This document shows positions 26,949 to 37,124 of a stretch of 64,000 nucleotides of DNA, piece by piece. Every line of letters begins with the position of its first letter. Position 1 is the first letter of the stretch. The translations under genes were made by a program, and so were the position numbers. The notes under the pieces were generated by a model. It saw only the letters and a list, made by a program, of their open reading frames with translations, was not told the origin of the DNA and did no database searches. The DNA lies in NCBI GenBank assembly GCA_964347795.1, contig CAYFZX010000001.1, positions 2,202 through 66,201 on the forward strand. The letters run 5' to 3'. Origin of the DNA: an uncultured Methanomassiliicoccales archaeon. GTDB lineage: Archaea > Thermoplasmatota > Thermoplasmata > RBG-16-68-12 > JAJISG01.

Positions 26949-29900
26949 TGATCCTCTCCTCCTCAACGTTCCAGCCCTTCACCAGGGAGCCCTTGGGTTT
27001 GCGCTGCACCAGGGAAAGATCCCTCGTCCTGGTCTCCGTGCAAATGTAGTCTCCCCACTCGTCGAAGTATGTCCTGAGGCGACTACTGGACTGGACTTCC
27101 GTCTCCACGTAGTCCTCGACGGAGAGGTCCAGGTCTTTCCTCATCTGCTGCACACGCCGGACCAGTTCGCGGGCGTATCCCTCGGACTCAATCTCCGGCG
27201 TGCGGCGGAAATCCATATAGACTACGCCCTTCGAAGTACCACCCTCCGAGAAGCCTTCGGGAAGGCGGTGCTCGAAGCCCACCATGTCCAAGGTGATCTG
27301 AATCGGCTTGCCCTTGATCTCAACCTCGTACGACCCTCTCTCCACCGCCTCTCTCACTACTCCGGGATCAGCTTTGGAGAGCGTGTCGAGAATCGCGGGG
27401 AGAAGGGACTTGTACCTCTTCCCGATGATCGGTTGAACCGGGGTCATGCCAAGGTCCAGCTCCGACCAGACCTCCTCTGGGCGGAGGATTTCCACCACCT
27501 TAGAGTTCATCTGGTCGAGCAGGATGTCCTTCATATCCTCCAGGGCCTTTTTCGTCGGCGTGTCGGTCGGCAGGAGGACGACACGGGCCACCGGCCATCG
27601 TAGCCTATAGCTCTTGGTCTGCCTGAGCCGACTGGCTTCCTCGACGAATGCCCTGGCGGTGGCCATCATCTCTTCTAGGGCCTCGTCTCTGAGTCCGGGA
27701 TCTGAGGAGGGCCAGTCCTCCATGTGCACCGTTGGGTGGGGGCCACCCAAGTCCTGGTAGATGGCCTCGGCCATGAACGGGGCGATAGGAGCAAGTAGCT
27801 TGGAGACCCCCATGAGGACATCATAGAGGACCCGGTAGGCACACAGCTTCTCGGAGCTCTCGCCCTCTATCCACGTCCTGTCACGGATAAGGCGGACGTA
27901 CCAGCGGGAGAGGTCCCTGACAATTAGGTCTTCCAGGCTTCTGGCCGCCCTGTGGAGGTTGTATGACGACAGCGCCTGCCCGACCTCACCCACGACCGCC
28001 TGCAACCTGCTCAACATCCACCTGTCCTCCGGCGCCATCTTCTCTCGGAGCCCCTCGAGAGGGTGTTTCGACGGATCAAAGGCGTCTAAGGACATGTAGA
28101 GGGTCGAGAAGCGGTGCACGTTCCAGAGGATGTTCAGGGTCCTATGGGCGTTCCTGACTTCATCCCAGAGGAAGGCGAAGTCATCCCAGGGGGGAGCCGC
28201 CTTCAGCTCGTAGAAACGGAGAGCGTCTCTACCATATTCTCTGGCCACGTCTTGGGGGGTTAGGGAGTCGCCCCTGCTCTTGGAGAAGGCCTCCTCTCCC
28301 TCGGGGGGCCAGACCCACCCATGCATGAGGACGCTATCATATGGACAACGGTCGAAGGCGACAACGCCCGCGCCCAATTGAGAGTAGAACCACCCCCTTG
28401 TCTGGTCGTGAGCTTCCGTGATCCAGGGAGATGGCCACCAGTGTCCGAACTCCTCTAGTCGTTTTGGATAGCCCAGGCTTGCCCACGAGCAGACGGCGGA
28501 ATCGAACCAGACGTCCAAGACGTCCTTCACGCGGGACATACGGCCTCCACACTCCTCGCAAGTGAGTTGGATGGTGTCGACCCAGGGCCTGTGGAGGTCC
28601 ATTCCTTCATCGTAGCCCAAGCCATCTCTGAGCTCCTCCGCGCCACCGACCACCCTGAGGTGGCCCTGCGGGCACTCCCATACAGGCAACGGAACGCCCC
28701 AGTAGCGCTGCCGGGATATGGTCCAATCCTTGGCGTTCAAAACCCAATCGTATTGACGGGCGCTCCCGGCCCAGTCGGGGGTCCACTGAATTCGCTGGAC
28801 CTCGGACAGCATCTTGTCCTTGAGCTTCGTCACCCGAACGAACCACTGGTTGGTGGCACGGTAGATAATAGGGGTTGAACATCGCCAGCAGTGGCCATAT
28901 CTGTGCACGAGGTCCTCCCTGTGGAAGAGGAGGCCTTTGGCTCGGAGGTCCTCGATGATCAAGTCGTTGGCATCCTTGGTCGTGATGCCTTCGTACTTCC
29001 CCCCCTCAGCGGTGAAGCGGCCTCCGTCGTCGATGGGGCTAAAGGGCTCCAACTGGTGTGCTCGTCCGATCTCGAAGTCTTCGGGTCCATGGCCGGGGGC
29101 TGTGTGAACGAGGCCTGTGAACTCCGTGGTGACCGTCTCCGAAGGGAGGACCCGGTGGAGCCATTCTCCGCCGAACGTGCCCTGGATGCTGACCTCTTCG
29201 AGGAGGGGATGCTGGTACTCAAGTCCCACCAGGTCAGTGCCCCGTGTCCTCCGCAATACCTCGTACTCCTCGATCCCTGCAGCCCCCATCACGGCCTCCA
29301 CGTTCTGGTCCACTATCCAGGCTGCCTCCTCCTTCTCATCGGCCCGAAAGCGAACCCATGCATAGGAGAATTCGGGGTTGACCGCGACGGCGAGATTCGC
29401 CGGAAGGGTCCAGGGGGTCGTGGTCCAGATGAGGAGGCTACCGGTCCCGTCCGTGAGCGGGAATCGCACGTAGATCGAGGGGTCTGTTTCATCCCAGAAC
29501 TCGATTTCATACCCAGCCACGGGGGTCTCGCAGCGGGGGCACCACTCAAGAGATCTCTGGGCCTGGGCAAGGAGCCCCCGCTCATGAGCCCTCTTAATGG
29601 TCCACCACGCGGACTCGATGTAGTCGTTGGTGATGGTCATGTACGGCTTGTCCCAATCCATCCAGACACCCAGGTCGGAGAACTGCTCCGACATCTTCTG
29701 GAGGCGCTCCAGAGCATAGCTTCGGCACTTCTCGATGAAATTGGCGACGCCGACTTCCTCTTCGATCTGTCTCTTGTCCGTGATGCCCAGTGTTCTCTCC
29801 ACGAGAACCTCGATGGGGAGACCGTGCATGTCGTAACCAGGCTGATCCCTGACGTTGAACCCTTTCATGCGGAGCCAGCGCAGGACCGTGTCCTTGATGA

Positions 29901-30087
29901 TCTTGTTTCGAGCGGTCCCGACGTGGACGCTTCCTGTCGTGTAGGGAGGCCCGTCGACGAAGGCGAACCGTTCGCCCTTCTCCCGATGCTTCTTCGTCTT
30001 CTCGTAGGCCTTGTTCTCGGCCCAGAGAGACGCCACTCGCTCCTCAAGCTCGGCTGCCCGATAACTCTCCTCGGCTTGCTTTATCAT
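26923..30087 (-). CDS. ileS: Isoleucyl-tRNA synthetase
   Basis: 1054 aa class I aaRS with an archaeal IleRS pattern (PPYTTGSVHVGTARNK, editing domain, KMS-like region, Zn-ribbon cysteines). Confidence 0.9.
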   Translation of the reverse strand: MIKQAEESYRAAELEERVASLWAENKAYEKTKKHREKGERFAFVDGPPYTTGSVHVGTARNKIIKDTVLRWLRMKGFNVRDQPGYDMHGLPIEVLVERTLGITDKRQIEEEVGVANFIEKCRSYALERLQKMSEQFSDLGVWMDWDKPYMTITNDYIESAWWTIKRAHERGLLAQAQRSLEWCPRCETPVAGYEIEFWDETDPSIYVRFPLTDGTGSLLIWTTTPWTLPANLAVAVNPEFSYAWVRFRADEKEEAAWIVDQNVEAVMGAAGIEEYEVLRRTRGTDLVGLEYQHPLLEEVSIQGTFGGEWLHRVLPSETVTTEFTGLVHTAPGHGPEDFEIGRAHQLEPFSPIDDGGRFTAEGGKYEGITTKDANDLIIEDLRAKGLLFHREDLVHRYGHCWRCSTPIIYRATNQWFVRVTKLKDKMLSEVQRIQWTPDWAGSARQYDWVLNAKDWTISRQRYWGVPLPVWECPQGHLRVVGGAEELRDGLGYDEGMDLHRPWVDTIQLTCEECGGRMSRVKDVLDVWFDSAVCSWASLGYPKRLEEFGHWWPSPWITEAHDQTRGWFYSQLGAGVVAFDRCPYDSVLMHGWVWPPEGEEAFSKSRGDSLTPQDVAREYGRDALRFYELKAAPPWDDFAFLWDEVRNAHRTLNILWNVHRFSTLYMSLDAFDPSKHPLEGLREKMAPEDRWMLSRLQAVVGEVGQALSSYNLHRAARSLEDLIVRDLSRWYVRLIRDRTWIEGESSEKLCAYRVLYDVLMGVSKLLAPIAPFMAEAIYQDLGGPHPTVHMEDWPSSDPGLRDEALEEMMATARAFVEEASRLRQTKSYRLRWPVARVVLLPTDTPTKKALEDMKDILLDQMNSKVVEILRPEEVWSELDLGMTPVQPIIGKRYKSLLPAILDTLSKADPGVVREAVERGSYEVEIKGKPIQITLDMVGFEHRLPEGFSEGGTSKGVVYMDFRRTPEIESEGYARELVRRVQQMRKDLDLSVEDYVETEVQSSSRLRTYFDEWGDYICTETRTRDLSLVQRKPKGSLVKGWNVEEERIIIGLAKAS

Positions 30088-30367
30088 TGCACCGCCTCAC
30101 GTCGCCCGGGATTTGTCTTCTCTCAGGCTACTCAACAACAGGGGGAGTTCCACAGAAAAGCTTTTCCGTCACGTTTGCCGGGAAGGGGGCGTCCAAATCA
30201 CTCCACAACAAAAGGGGAGGGCCGGGACCGAGACTTTCCGGCCCCGAGCGGATCAGGGCCTATTGAACCCGGGTCAGGGGATCCACAGTCCCCCAGGATA
30301 ACCACTACCCCATCCCGGCCACTGTTTGATACAATCAGACTGACGATAAAGGCCTTTGGGCGGCGTG

Positions 30368-30562
30368 TCATCGCACGAGGAAATAGCCGAAAACCACCAA
30401 GCCGGTGCCGAAGACGAGGGGAATGAGGAGATACTGCCACAGTTCCGGCGGGACGAGGATGATAGAGAGGCCAGAGCCGAACATGAGAAGCAGCCCCAAG
30501 ATCCCCAGATACTTGCCGCGTCGCTTTCTCCGTTCCTGTGCGGGGTCCTCTTCAGCGAACAC
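30368..30562 (-). CDS. Small 2-TM membrane protein (hypothetical)
   Basis: 64 aa with two hydrophobic helices and a basic N-terminus. Confidence 0.3.
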   Translation of the reverse strand: MFAEEDPAQERRKRRGKYLGILGLLLMFGSGLSIILVPPELWQYLLIPLVFGTGLVVFGYFLVR

Positions 30563-30646
30563 CGCGGACGCTCATGGGCTGTGGCTACTTAACCCTGGTG
30601 ACAGCTCCGAGCGTCATGGTTCCCAAGGTTTAAGCCAAGAGGTCCG

Positions 30647-31588
30647 TTGGCTGGGCTCGTGGTGGCCAGAAACCTGATCTCCGTCATGGACGTTGCCTCG
30701 GACCTTAGCACCATCCTTGACGAGACCCGGAGCCTGAAGAATCGGCTGCGTTCCGGAGAGGTCTACCAGCCTTTGAAGTCGAAGACGCTGGGCATGATCT
30801 TCGAGAAGCCTAGCACCAGGACACGCTTGTCTTTCGAGGTCGGCATGAATCAACTGGGCGGGACGGCGATCTATTTGAACCCGCAAGACTTGCAGCTCGG
30901 CCGCGGCGAGACCCTGGAAGATACGGCCCGCGTCATCAGCAGATACGTGGACGGAATCGTCTATCGCGCCATGCGGCACGAGGACATGGTTCGTCTGGCC
31001 CAAGAGGCCACCGTGCCTGTCGTCAACGCCCTCGACGATCTAGAGCATCCCTGCCAGATTGTCGCGGACCTCTACACCATCCTGGAAGCCGTCGGCTCCC
31101 TCGAGGGCCTAAAGCTCGCATATGTGGGGGATGGTAACAATGTGTGCAACTCCCTCCTCCTGGGTTGCGCCCTTTCCGAAGTCAATATGAGCGCGGGATG
31201 TCCTCCCGGCTACATGCCCAACGGCGAGATCGTAAAGCGAGCTACCGGAATCGCTGCTCAGGTCGGCTCCACTTTGGAACTCACCGCTGACCCGAGACGG
31301 GCTGTGACGGGGGCAGACATCGTCTACACCGATGTGTGGGTCTCCATGGGGATGGAGGAGGAGACGGAGCAGAGGGAACGCGTCTTCGCGCCTTATCAGG
31401 TGAACGAGGAACTGCTGGAGGCGAGCGGGGAGGATCCCCTCGTCATGCACTGTCTGCCAGCCCATCGCGGAATGGAAATAACGGACGGCGTCATCGATGG
31501 CGAGCGCTCCTTGGTCTGGGACCAGGCGGAGAACAGGCTCCACGCCCAGAAGGCCATACTTACGCATTTGATGAGTGGCTCTTCCTAG
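30647..31588 (+). CDS. argF: Ornithine carbamoyltransferase
   Basis: STRTR, HPCQ and HCLP motifs. The N-terminus aligns with archaeal OTC from the TTG start. Confidence 0.85.
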   Translation: MAGLVVARNLISVMDVASDLSTILDETRSLKNRLRSGEVYQPLKSKTLGMIFEKPSTRTRLSFEVGMNQLGGTAIYLNPQDLQLGRGETLEDTARVISRYVDGIVYRAMRHEDMVRLAQEATVPVVNALDDLEHPCQIVADLYTILEAVGSLEGLKLAYVGDGNNVCNSLLLGCALSEVNMSAGCPPGYMPNGEIVKRATGIAAQVGSTLELTADPRRAVTGADIVYTDVWVSMGMEEETEQRERVFAPYQVNEELLEASGEDPLVMHCLPAHRGMEITDGVIDGERSLVWDQAENRLHAQKAILTHLMSGSS

Positions 31589-31616
31589 GCTTCCGGCAAG
31601 CTGATGATAGCCCTCG

Positions 31617-33206
31617 CTAGGAGGAACCGAAGAACTGTCTCAGAAGGGGATGCATCTCCATCATCTGCTCCCTCCCAACCGCCTCGTAGAACTGGATCAA
31701 GATGCCTACGGCTAGCAGGACCCCCGTGCCACTAGCGTTTCCCACCGTCCCAAACAGATCCGCCCCGGCGGCCAGAGTGCCGACAGCCGCTCCGCTAATG
31801 ATGGTCACCACCGGGATGTACCGCTCCAAGATTCGACGCAACACTCGTGGGTCCCTTCGGAAGCCCGGTATCTGCAGGCCACTGGATCGAATCTGCCTTG
31901 CCACGCCCTCTGGTCCCATGCCCGTAGTCTCGATCCAGAACCTGGCGAAGATGATGGAACCCACGATGAAGAGCGTCACGTAGATGATCACGTGTAGCAG
32001 GACCTGCAGGGATGATTTGCCGAAGGCAACGAGGACAGCTCCATACCTGTCCGGCGCCACCAACGGGAGGAGCCAGTCCCGCAGCCCGTTGACTGTAGAC
32101 ACGTAGAAGGCGACGCCTCCAATGGGCGTGGTCGGTTGAAGCACTCCTTGTCGGACGAGTTCACTAGCTGGATCCGGGTATGCTCCCAGCCAGTATTGTC
32201 TCCCAACCAACGGCCAATCCGGGTTCTGCCAGAAGAGGAGGGTGAACATGCTGATGTTGGCCAGGACCGCCGTTACGAGTATAACGGGCAGAACGGAGGC
32301 GTAGATGAGCTTGAACGGATATCGGCCTCGAGCTCCCCGAGCCATGCCATGGGCCAAGGGCAGCTCAACCCGGCTGGATTCTGTGTAAGCCACCAAGAGG
32401 AATATGACGATGGTGGCCACTAGGGCAATGAGCGAATTTGGCTCTCCCAACAGGACCACCTCGTACCCGCCCCCAACGAGTTCCTGTGAGGGCGTGGTCT
32501 GGAGGTAGTAGATCGTCTTAGGTATGGTGCCGGCCGGCGTTGGGTCGCCAGGATTGGCTGGCATCCAGTTGAAGGCACCAGTGAAGACGGCCTGGGACAC
32601 GCCCGCGGCGATGAAGAGAGAGATGCCACTCCCTATGCCCCACTTGGAGACAACCTCGTCCATGAGGAAGATGACGTAGCTTCCGATGAAGAGTTGGATG
32701 ACGATGACAGCCTTCGCTAGAAAATCCCCGTACCCTGCAACGGCGCCTTCTATGCCATCGACGAAGGCTGGCGAAGGTTTCAGGAAGCCAAAGACCTGAG
32801 GCACTGCCTCGACGACGATCATGACGAGGACCAGGAACTTCTGGGTCCCCTGATAGACGGCCTTGTCGTCGTCTTTGGTCAGGTCCAATCGGATGATCTT
32901 CGCTCCGGCGAACAACTGCAGTATGATGGAAGCGGTGACGATGGGACCGATGCCCAGGTGGAGCACCGAACCCTGGGCCCCTGCAAGGATGGCTCGAAGG
33001 CTAGCGAAGAAGTCTACAACTTGGGTGCGGTCCAGGCCGTAGATGTACACGTTCGTGAGGGCGAAATAGATGACCAGGATCAGCAAGACCCAGAGCATCT
33101 TCGTCCGGAAGTGGACGTGGCCCTCAGGCCTCGTGACCGCAGGGAGCCTGTCGGTGATGGGTTTTAGCTTGTACAGGAGGCTCTTTCCTCGGGGGGTCGG
33201 CATCAA
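31617..33206 (-). CDS. secY: Preprotein translocase SecY
   Basis: 529 aa 10-TM SecY pattern at the end of the r-protein operon. Confidence 0.9.
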   Translation of the reverse strand: MMPTPRGKSLLYKLKPITDRLPAVTRPEGHVHFRTKMLWVLLILVIYFALTNVYIYGLDRTQVVDFFASLRAILAGAQGSVLHLGIGPIVTASIILQLFAGAKIIRLDLTKDDDKAVYQGTQKFLVLVMIVVEAVPQVFGFLKPSPAFVDGIEGAVAGYGDFLAKAVIVIQLFIGSYVIFLMDEVVSKWGIGSGISLFIAAGVSQAVFTGAFNWMPANPGDPTPAGTIPKTIYYLQTTPSQELVGGGYEVVLLGEPNSLIALVATIVIFLLVAYTESSRVELPLAHGMARGARGRYPFKLIYASVLPVILVTAVLANISMFTLLFWQNPDWPLVGRQYWLGAYPDPASELVRQGVLQPTTPIGGVAFYVSTVNGLRDWLLPLVAPDRYGAVLVAFGKSSLQVLLHVIIYVTLFIVGSIIFARFWIETTGMGPEGVARQIRSSGLQIPGFRRDPRVLRRILERYIPVVTIISGAAVGTLAAGADLFGTVGNASGTGVLLAVGILIQFYEAVGREQMMEMHPLLRQFFGSS

Positions 33207-33209
33207 GGA

Positions 33210-33647
33210 CTATCCCTCTTGGGCCTGCAGAACCACCTCTCCCCCGGCCTCCTTGATCTTCGCCACCGCCTTCGCCGTCGCCACAGAGACGATTACCCGG
33301 TGAGGCGCTTTAACGTTTCCTGCTCCCAGGAGTTTCTGGACACCGGCGGCAACGAGATCGACCTCAAAACCTCCTTCCTTTCTCTCCTTGGCGAAGCCAG
33401 CTTCCACCAACCCCTCAAGGTCATCCTCCATCCCGCCTAGGTTCATGACGGAAATCCGGCCCTGGAGGGCCTTGGGCCGCTGGAATCCCCTCTGGCCGAA
33501 GTGGTCAGGGTCGTACTTCACCATCCACTTGTACTTGTGCTTCAAGAGACCCGCCTGGCCGTGGCCTCCTCTCTTCCCTTTGCCTCGACCGGCCTTCTTC
33601 CCACGTCCGTGGGTCCTCTGTCCCCGAAGCCTCTTCGTCCTTCCCAT
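33210..33647 (-). CDS. rpl15: Ribosomal protein uL15
   Basis: MGRTKRLRGQRTHGRGKKAGRGKGKRGG... Confidence 0.9.
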   Translation of the reverse strand: MGRTKRLRGQRTHGRGKKAGRGKGKRGGHGQAGLLKHKYKWMVKYDPDHFGQRGFQRPKALQGRISVMNLGGMEDDLEGLVEAGFAKERKEGGFEVDLVAAGVQKLLGAGNVKAPHRVIVSVATAKAVAKIKEAGGEVVLQAQEG

Positions 33648-33649
33648 CT

Positions 33650-34117
33650 CTAGTCCAACATCCTAAGGATCAGGTCGTTTATGGACTCTCCCCTGTAGCC
33701 CAAGGCCCCCCCGTTGGAGAAGGGGCGCTTAATGCCCTCATAGCCCCGTTTTGGTGGATGGAGGCGGAACACGGGTTTCACGTCCTGCAGCTTCGTCATC
33801 TCCACGTCCCCCTCGGTGAGGGCCTTACCCAGGGACTTGACTGAGGGGAATCCCAGAGACTCCTTCACGAACTTGTCAGTAAGGGGCTTGTCGCCAGCCA
33901 CCCGAGCCTTGGATGTCAGGAGTTTCGACAGGACCTCCAGATTCAGCTCGCCCCAGGTGATGTAGTCCTTGGTCTTTTGCAGCATGCCCAGGTAGTCCTC
34001 CCGTGGGGGGACGATGACACAGTGGTTCGGACGGTGAAGGTGAAGCATCTGGAGGGTGTCCTGGATGTCCCTCCTGACGTTGGCTGTTCCCCTGACCCTG
34101 ACGACGCCGAGGCTCAT
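33650..34117 (-). CDS. rpl30: Ribosomal protein uL30
   Basis: Archaeal L30 pattern, 155 aa. Confidence 0.85.
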   Translation of the reverse strand: MSLGVVRVRGTANVRRDIQDTLQMLHLHRPNHCVIVPPREDYLGMLQKTKDYITWGELNLEVLSKLLTSKARVAGDKPLTDKFVKESLGFPSVKSLGKALTEGDVEMTKLQDVKPVFRLHPPKRGYEGIKRPFSNGGALGYRGESINDLILRMLD

Positions 34118-35001
34118 TTCTTCGCGCCCTCACTTTCCTCTTCGGGTTTCTTACCAGTGGCTTCAGTGGGTTTCGCGGCTTCGTCCTCGGCCGTGGCCTC
34201 GGCTTCCCCTTCGGGCTCTCCCCGCGCTTCGGGCTGGGCCTTCTCTTCCGGGGCCTCAGCTGGGGCTTCCCCCTCAGCGGGGAGGGGGGGCTCCTCGCCG
34301 GCCTCGACTGCCTCCTCTTCCGGCTCCACAGCCGTCAGGTCAACTTCGTAGGGGACAGCCGGCCCGGAAAGAATGTGTAGCGAGCCCATCTGTCCTCCAG
34401 AGACCTTGAACTCCATGGTCTTCCTGAGGGCCTCAAAGGCTGCATGGGCGTAGTTGACCGTGGTTTTCGTGTGGCCCCTGGAGAAACCCCACACGTCCTC
34501 AACGCCGGAGAGTCTCACCACGCTCTTCACGATGTCTGCCACGGCCATGCCCACGCCCCGGGGGGCCGGCTTCAAGGTAACCTTCACCGAGCCGCTCTTA
34601 CCCGTGACCTTGAAGGGAAGGGTGTGCGGCCGGAGGCATCCGCACTCCCACGATCCACACCCCCGCTTGACCTCGATGATGTTGAGCTTGGCATTGTCAA
34701 TGGCCTTACGAATGGCCGGGCCCACTTCCTTGCCCTTGACCCTTCCCACGCCCACATACCCGTCACCATTGCCCACGACGACGGTGATGACGAAGTTGAT
34801 CCTTCGGCCGGAGTCCGTCATCCTTTGGACCATGTTGACATCGAGAACCTCATCGTCCATCTCCGGCAAGAGAACGTCCACGATTTCCGGCTCCCGCAAC
34901 GGGAGGCCTGTCCGGAGGGCTTCGCCCATGGAGGTGACCTCTCCCCGAACGACCATCTTGCCAAGGGCCGTCTTCGGAATCCACTCCTCAAGCCTTCTCA
35001 T
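34114..35001 (-). CDS. rps5: Ribosomal protein uS5 with an ~80-aa E/A/P-rich acidic C-terminal extension
   Basis: S5 core ([22 protein letters not shown]...) followed by ...[43 protein letters not shown]... Confidence 0.9.
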   Translation of the reverse strand: MRRLEEWIPKTALGKMVVRGEVTSMGEALRTGLPLREPEIVDVLLPEMDDEVLDVNMVQRMTDSGRRINFVITVVVGNGDGYVGVGRVKGKEVGPAIRKAIDNAKLNIIEVKRGCGSWECGCLRPHTLPFKVTGKSGSVKVTLKPAPRGVGMAVADIVKSVVRLSGVEDVWGFSRGHTKTTVNYAHAAFEALRKTMEFKVSGGQMGSLHILSGPAVPYEVDLTAVEPEEEAVEAGEEPPLPAEGEAPAEAPEEKAQPEARGEPEGEAEATAEDEAAKPTEATGKKPEEESEGAKK

Positions 35002-35503
35002 GGGCGGCCTCCAACCGCTTCTTCACCTTCTCGAACTTGGCGGGTGCATCCTTGGAGATGTGCTCGCCTCGGACCCTCTCGTCTGCGGGGAGCACCCCCT
35101 CCCCGTGGGGAATCGCGACTCCGGCATCCAAGATGCCTTTCAACGCTGCGAACACCCGTCCGCCTCGGGATGGGGGATGAAGGCCTATGTCGAGAACAGC
35201 CTCCCGGACGCCCCCAGACACTGCCCTGATGCCGGCTAGGTAGCCCGTCAGGTAGGCAGCGGGCACGTTGCCCGTCGGACCCTCCCAACCGAAACGCCCC
35301 AACTCCCGGGCGAAGGCAGAGACGACGATTCTGTCTCCTGTGGCTGGTCCGTCAACGAGTTGGACGATGGTATTGCTCAGGGTCTTCCTCACCACCGCCC
35401 TTGGTTTGCTAGACCTCAAGAGTGACAGACGGCGCCGATAATCCGTCCGACCCTCCCGGCGTCTCCGGAAGGGCACTTTGTAGCGGGGACCCTCGGACAT
35501 CAC
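34988..35503 (-). CDS. rpl18: Ribosomal protein uL18
   Basis: L18 pattern. Confidence 0.85.
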   Translation of the reverse strand: MMSEGPRYKVPFRRRREGRTDYRRRLSLLRSSKPRAVVRKTLSNTIVQLVDGPATGDRIVVSAFARELGRFGWEGPTGNVPAAYLTGYLAGIRAVSGGVREAVLDIGLHPPSRGGRVFAALKGILDAGVAIPHGEGVLPADERVRGEHISKDAPAKFEKVKKRLEAAHEKA

Positions 35504-35955
35504 GTTCCCCCCTTGAGATAACCCTCGGACTCTAGATGTTGCAGGAGATGGGCCCTGCTGCGATACATGCCTCCCTTGGCCCTGAGGTACAGTTTCCGAT
35601 AACTCGCCTGATCAATCTTCCCCTGGTCCCGCAGCTCACGGAGGACCTCCCTCAAGGCCCTGATCGTGCGCATCCAGTGCTCCTTCTTGGGACCTCTGGC
35701 GCCCTTGGCCCCCTTGCGGCTTCCAGGGCCGCGACGTCTCCCCTTCTTCCTCTGCTGAGCCCTGTACCGGATGCGGCTCTGGGACTTCCCCTGGATTGGG
35801 AGCTTCCGGATGAGTCCTGCGTCGATGACGGCCCTCACATCGTCCCGCGTAATGGCGTCCGCTACGTCATCCAGGCGGTTGGGGTCGATCCAGACCCGGT
35901 TTTCCCCACACTTCAGGATTGCCGCGGCCATCCTGCGCTGATTGCTGAGGTTCAC
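35500..35955 (-). CDS. rpl19e: Ribosomal protein eL19
   Basis: L19e pattern (NQRRMAAAILKCGENRVWIDP). Confidence 0.9.
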   Translation of the reverse strand: MNLSNQRRMAAAILKCGENRVWIDPNRLDDVADAITRDDVRAVIDAGLIRKLPIQGKSQSRIRYRAQQRKKGRRRGPGSRKGAKGARGPKKEHWMRTIRALREVLRELRDQGKIDQASYRKLYLRAKGGMYRSRAHLLQHLESEGYLKGGT

Positions 35956-36572
35956 TCCACCACCCTGTTAAGGACCCTTATCCCCGCCTCATCGGCCTCT
36001 TCCTGAATCACGATACGCTTCCGGGTGCCGACACTGTGCGCAATCCGCACGGCCTGCGTCTTTGCGTCCAGTCCCTCAAGCTCCCCCGGACGGTGTACCA
36101 AGATCTCCTCAAAGCCTGTGGGATGCAGGCCCCGAACCTCCCGAGGACCTCGGTGTCCCGACGAGGGCAAGGACCCTCGGTATCCCAGGCGCCGTCGCAA
36201 CTTCGAGTGTTTGCCCCTTGGTCTCCGCCACTTGTCACCCAGTCGGCCGTAGCGAAACCACTCCTGTCGACGGAAGCGCGGGCGACGGTCCCGAAGTTGA
36301 CGTCGCAGTGCGAGCAGCTTGACAGTCGCCGAGTCGAGGGAGGCCTTCTCCTTCACTGCGTAGACTTCCTCGAGGATCTCCTCCTCGGCGACCTCCTCTT
36401 CTTCGAGCTCAACCTCTTCCTCCATCGCCTCCAGGTGGCCAAGGAGCCTCTCGCGGAGCTCAGCAACGGTCCCGGCATCATCTAGCTCAGCGCTCCGGCA
36501 CCAATCCTGCAGTTCAGCCTTTCGAGCCTTGCGGATCTCGGTCCTCGTGGGGAATTTGTCCTTCCCCGCCAA
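35952..36572 (-). CDS. rpl32e: Ribosomal protein eL32 with an N-terminal SAP-like domain and acidic linker
   Basis: C-terminal L32e core. N-terminus IRKARKAELQDWCRSAELDDAGTVAELRERLLGHLE followed by an acidic stretch. Confidence 0.85.
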   Translation of the reverse strand: MAGKDKFPTRTEIRKARKAELQDWCRSAELDDAGTVAELRERLLGHLEAMEEEVELEEEEVAEEEILEEVYAVKEKASLDSATVKLLALRRQLRDRRPRFRRQEWFRYGRLGDKWRRPRGKHSKLRRRLGYRGSLPSSGHRGPREVRGLHPTGFEEILVHRPGELEGLDAKTQAVRIAHSVGTRKRIVIQEEADEAGIRVLNRVVE

Positions 36573-37115
36573 TTAACCCTCCCCCTTGCTGACCAAGTAG
36601 ATGCCGTCCTGAAACACCCGCGGATCCTTCTTCTTGATCCGGGTCGCCTGTTCGATGTTGGCAGCGGTCTGGCTGACGTCCTCGACGCTGGGGCCGGTGA
36701 GGGTCAGGGTATCTCCCTTGACGTCGACCAAGGTGTCACCTCGGATCTTGGCCCTCCTGGGGTACCGCTCTCCCAGGAAGTTGTCGATGACCACGTCACC
36801 TCCTTGGACGGTGACCTTGACGGGGAAGTGGGCGTACACGATCCTCATGGTGTAGACGAAGGGCTCCATGACGCCACGGATCATGTTGTTGATATGAGAC
36901 GCCAACGTTCCCACCACGGCCTTCTCCCGCCTCCTGGGCATAACGCACGTGACGCGAATGGTGGAACCCTCCAGGCGTATGTCTACCCGTGGGTGGGCGA
37001 GGTTCCTAGATAACGCAACGTCGTCTTTGCGGACAGTGAGAATGTCGTCCTCCAGTTGGACCTCCACCCCCTCAGGAATCTCCACCGCTTGCTCCGCAAC
37101 ACCTGCTACCGTCAC
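36573..37115 (-). CDS. rpl6: Ribosomal protein uL6
   Basis: L6 pattern. Confidence 0.9.
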   Translation of the reverse strand: MTVAGVAEQAVEIPEGVEVQLEDDILTVRKDDVALSRNLAHPRVDIRLEGSTIRVTCVMPRRREKAVVGTLASHINNMIRGVMEPFVYTMRIVYAHFPVKVTVQGGDVVIDNFLGERYPRRAKIRGDTLVDVKGDTLTLTGPSVEDVSQTAANIEQATRIKKKDPRVFQDGIYLVSKGEG

Positions 37116-37124
37116 AACTTCACC

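Noticed and set aside
30647-31588. Ornithine carbamoyltransferase placed directly after secY, where adenylate kinase usually sits
   Set aside because: A local synteny variation only. The gene is an ordinary argF with all catalytic motifs.
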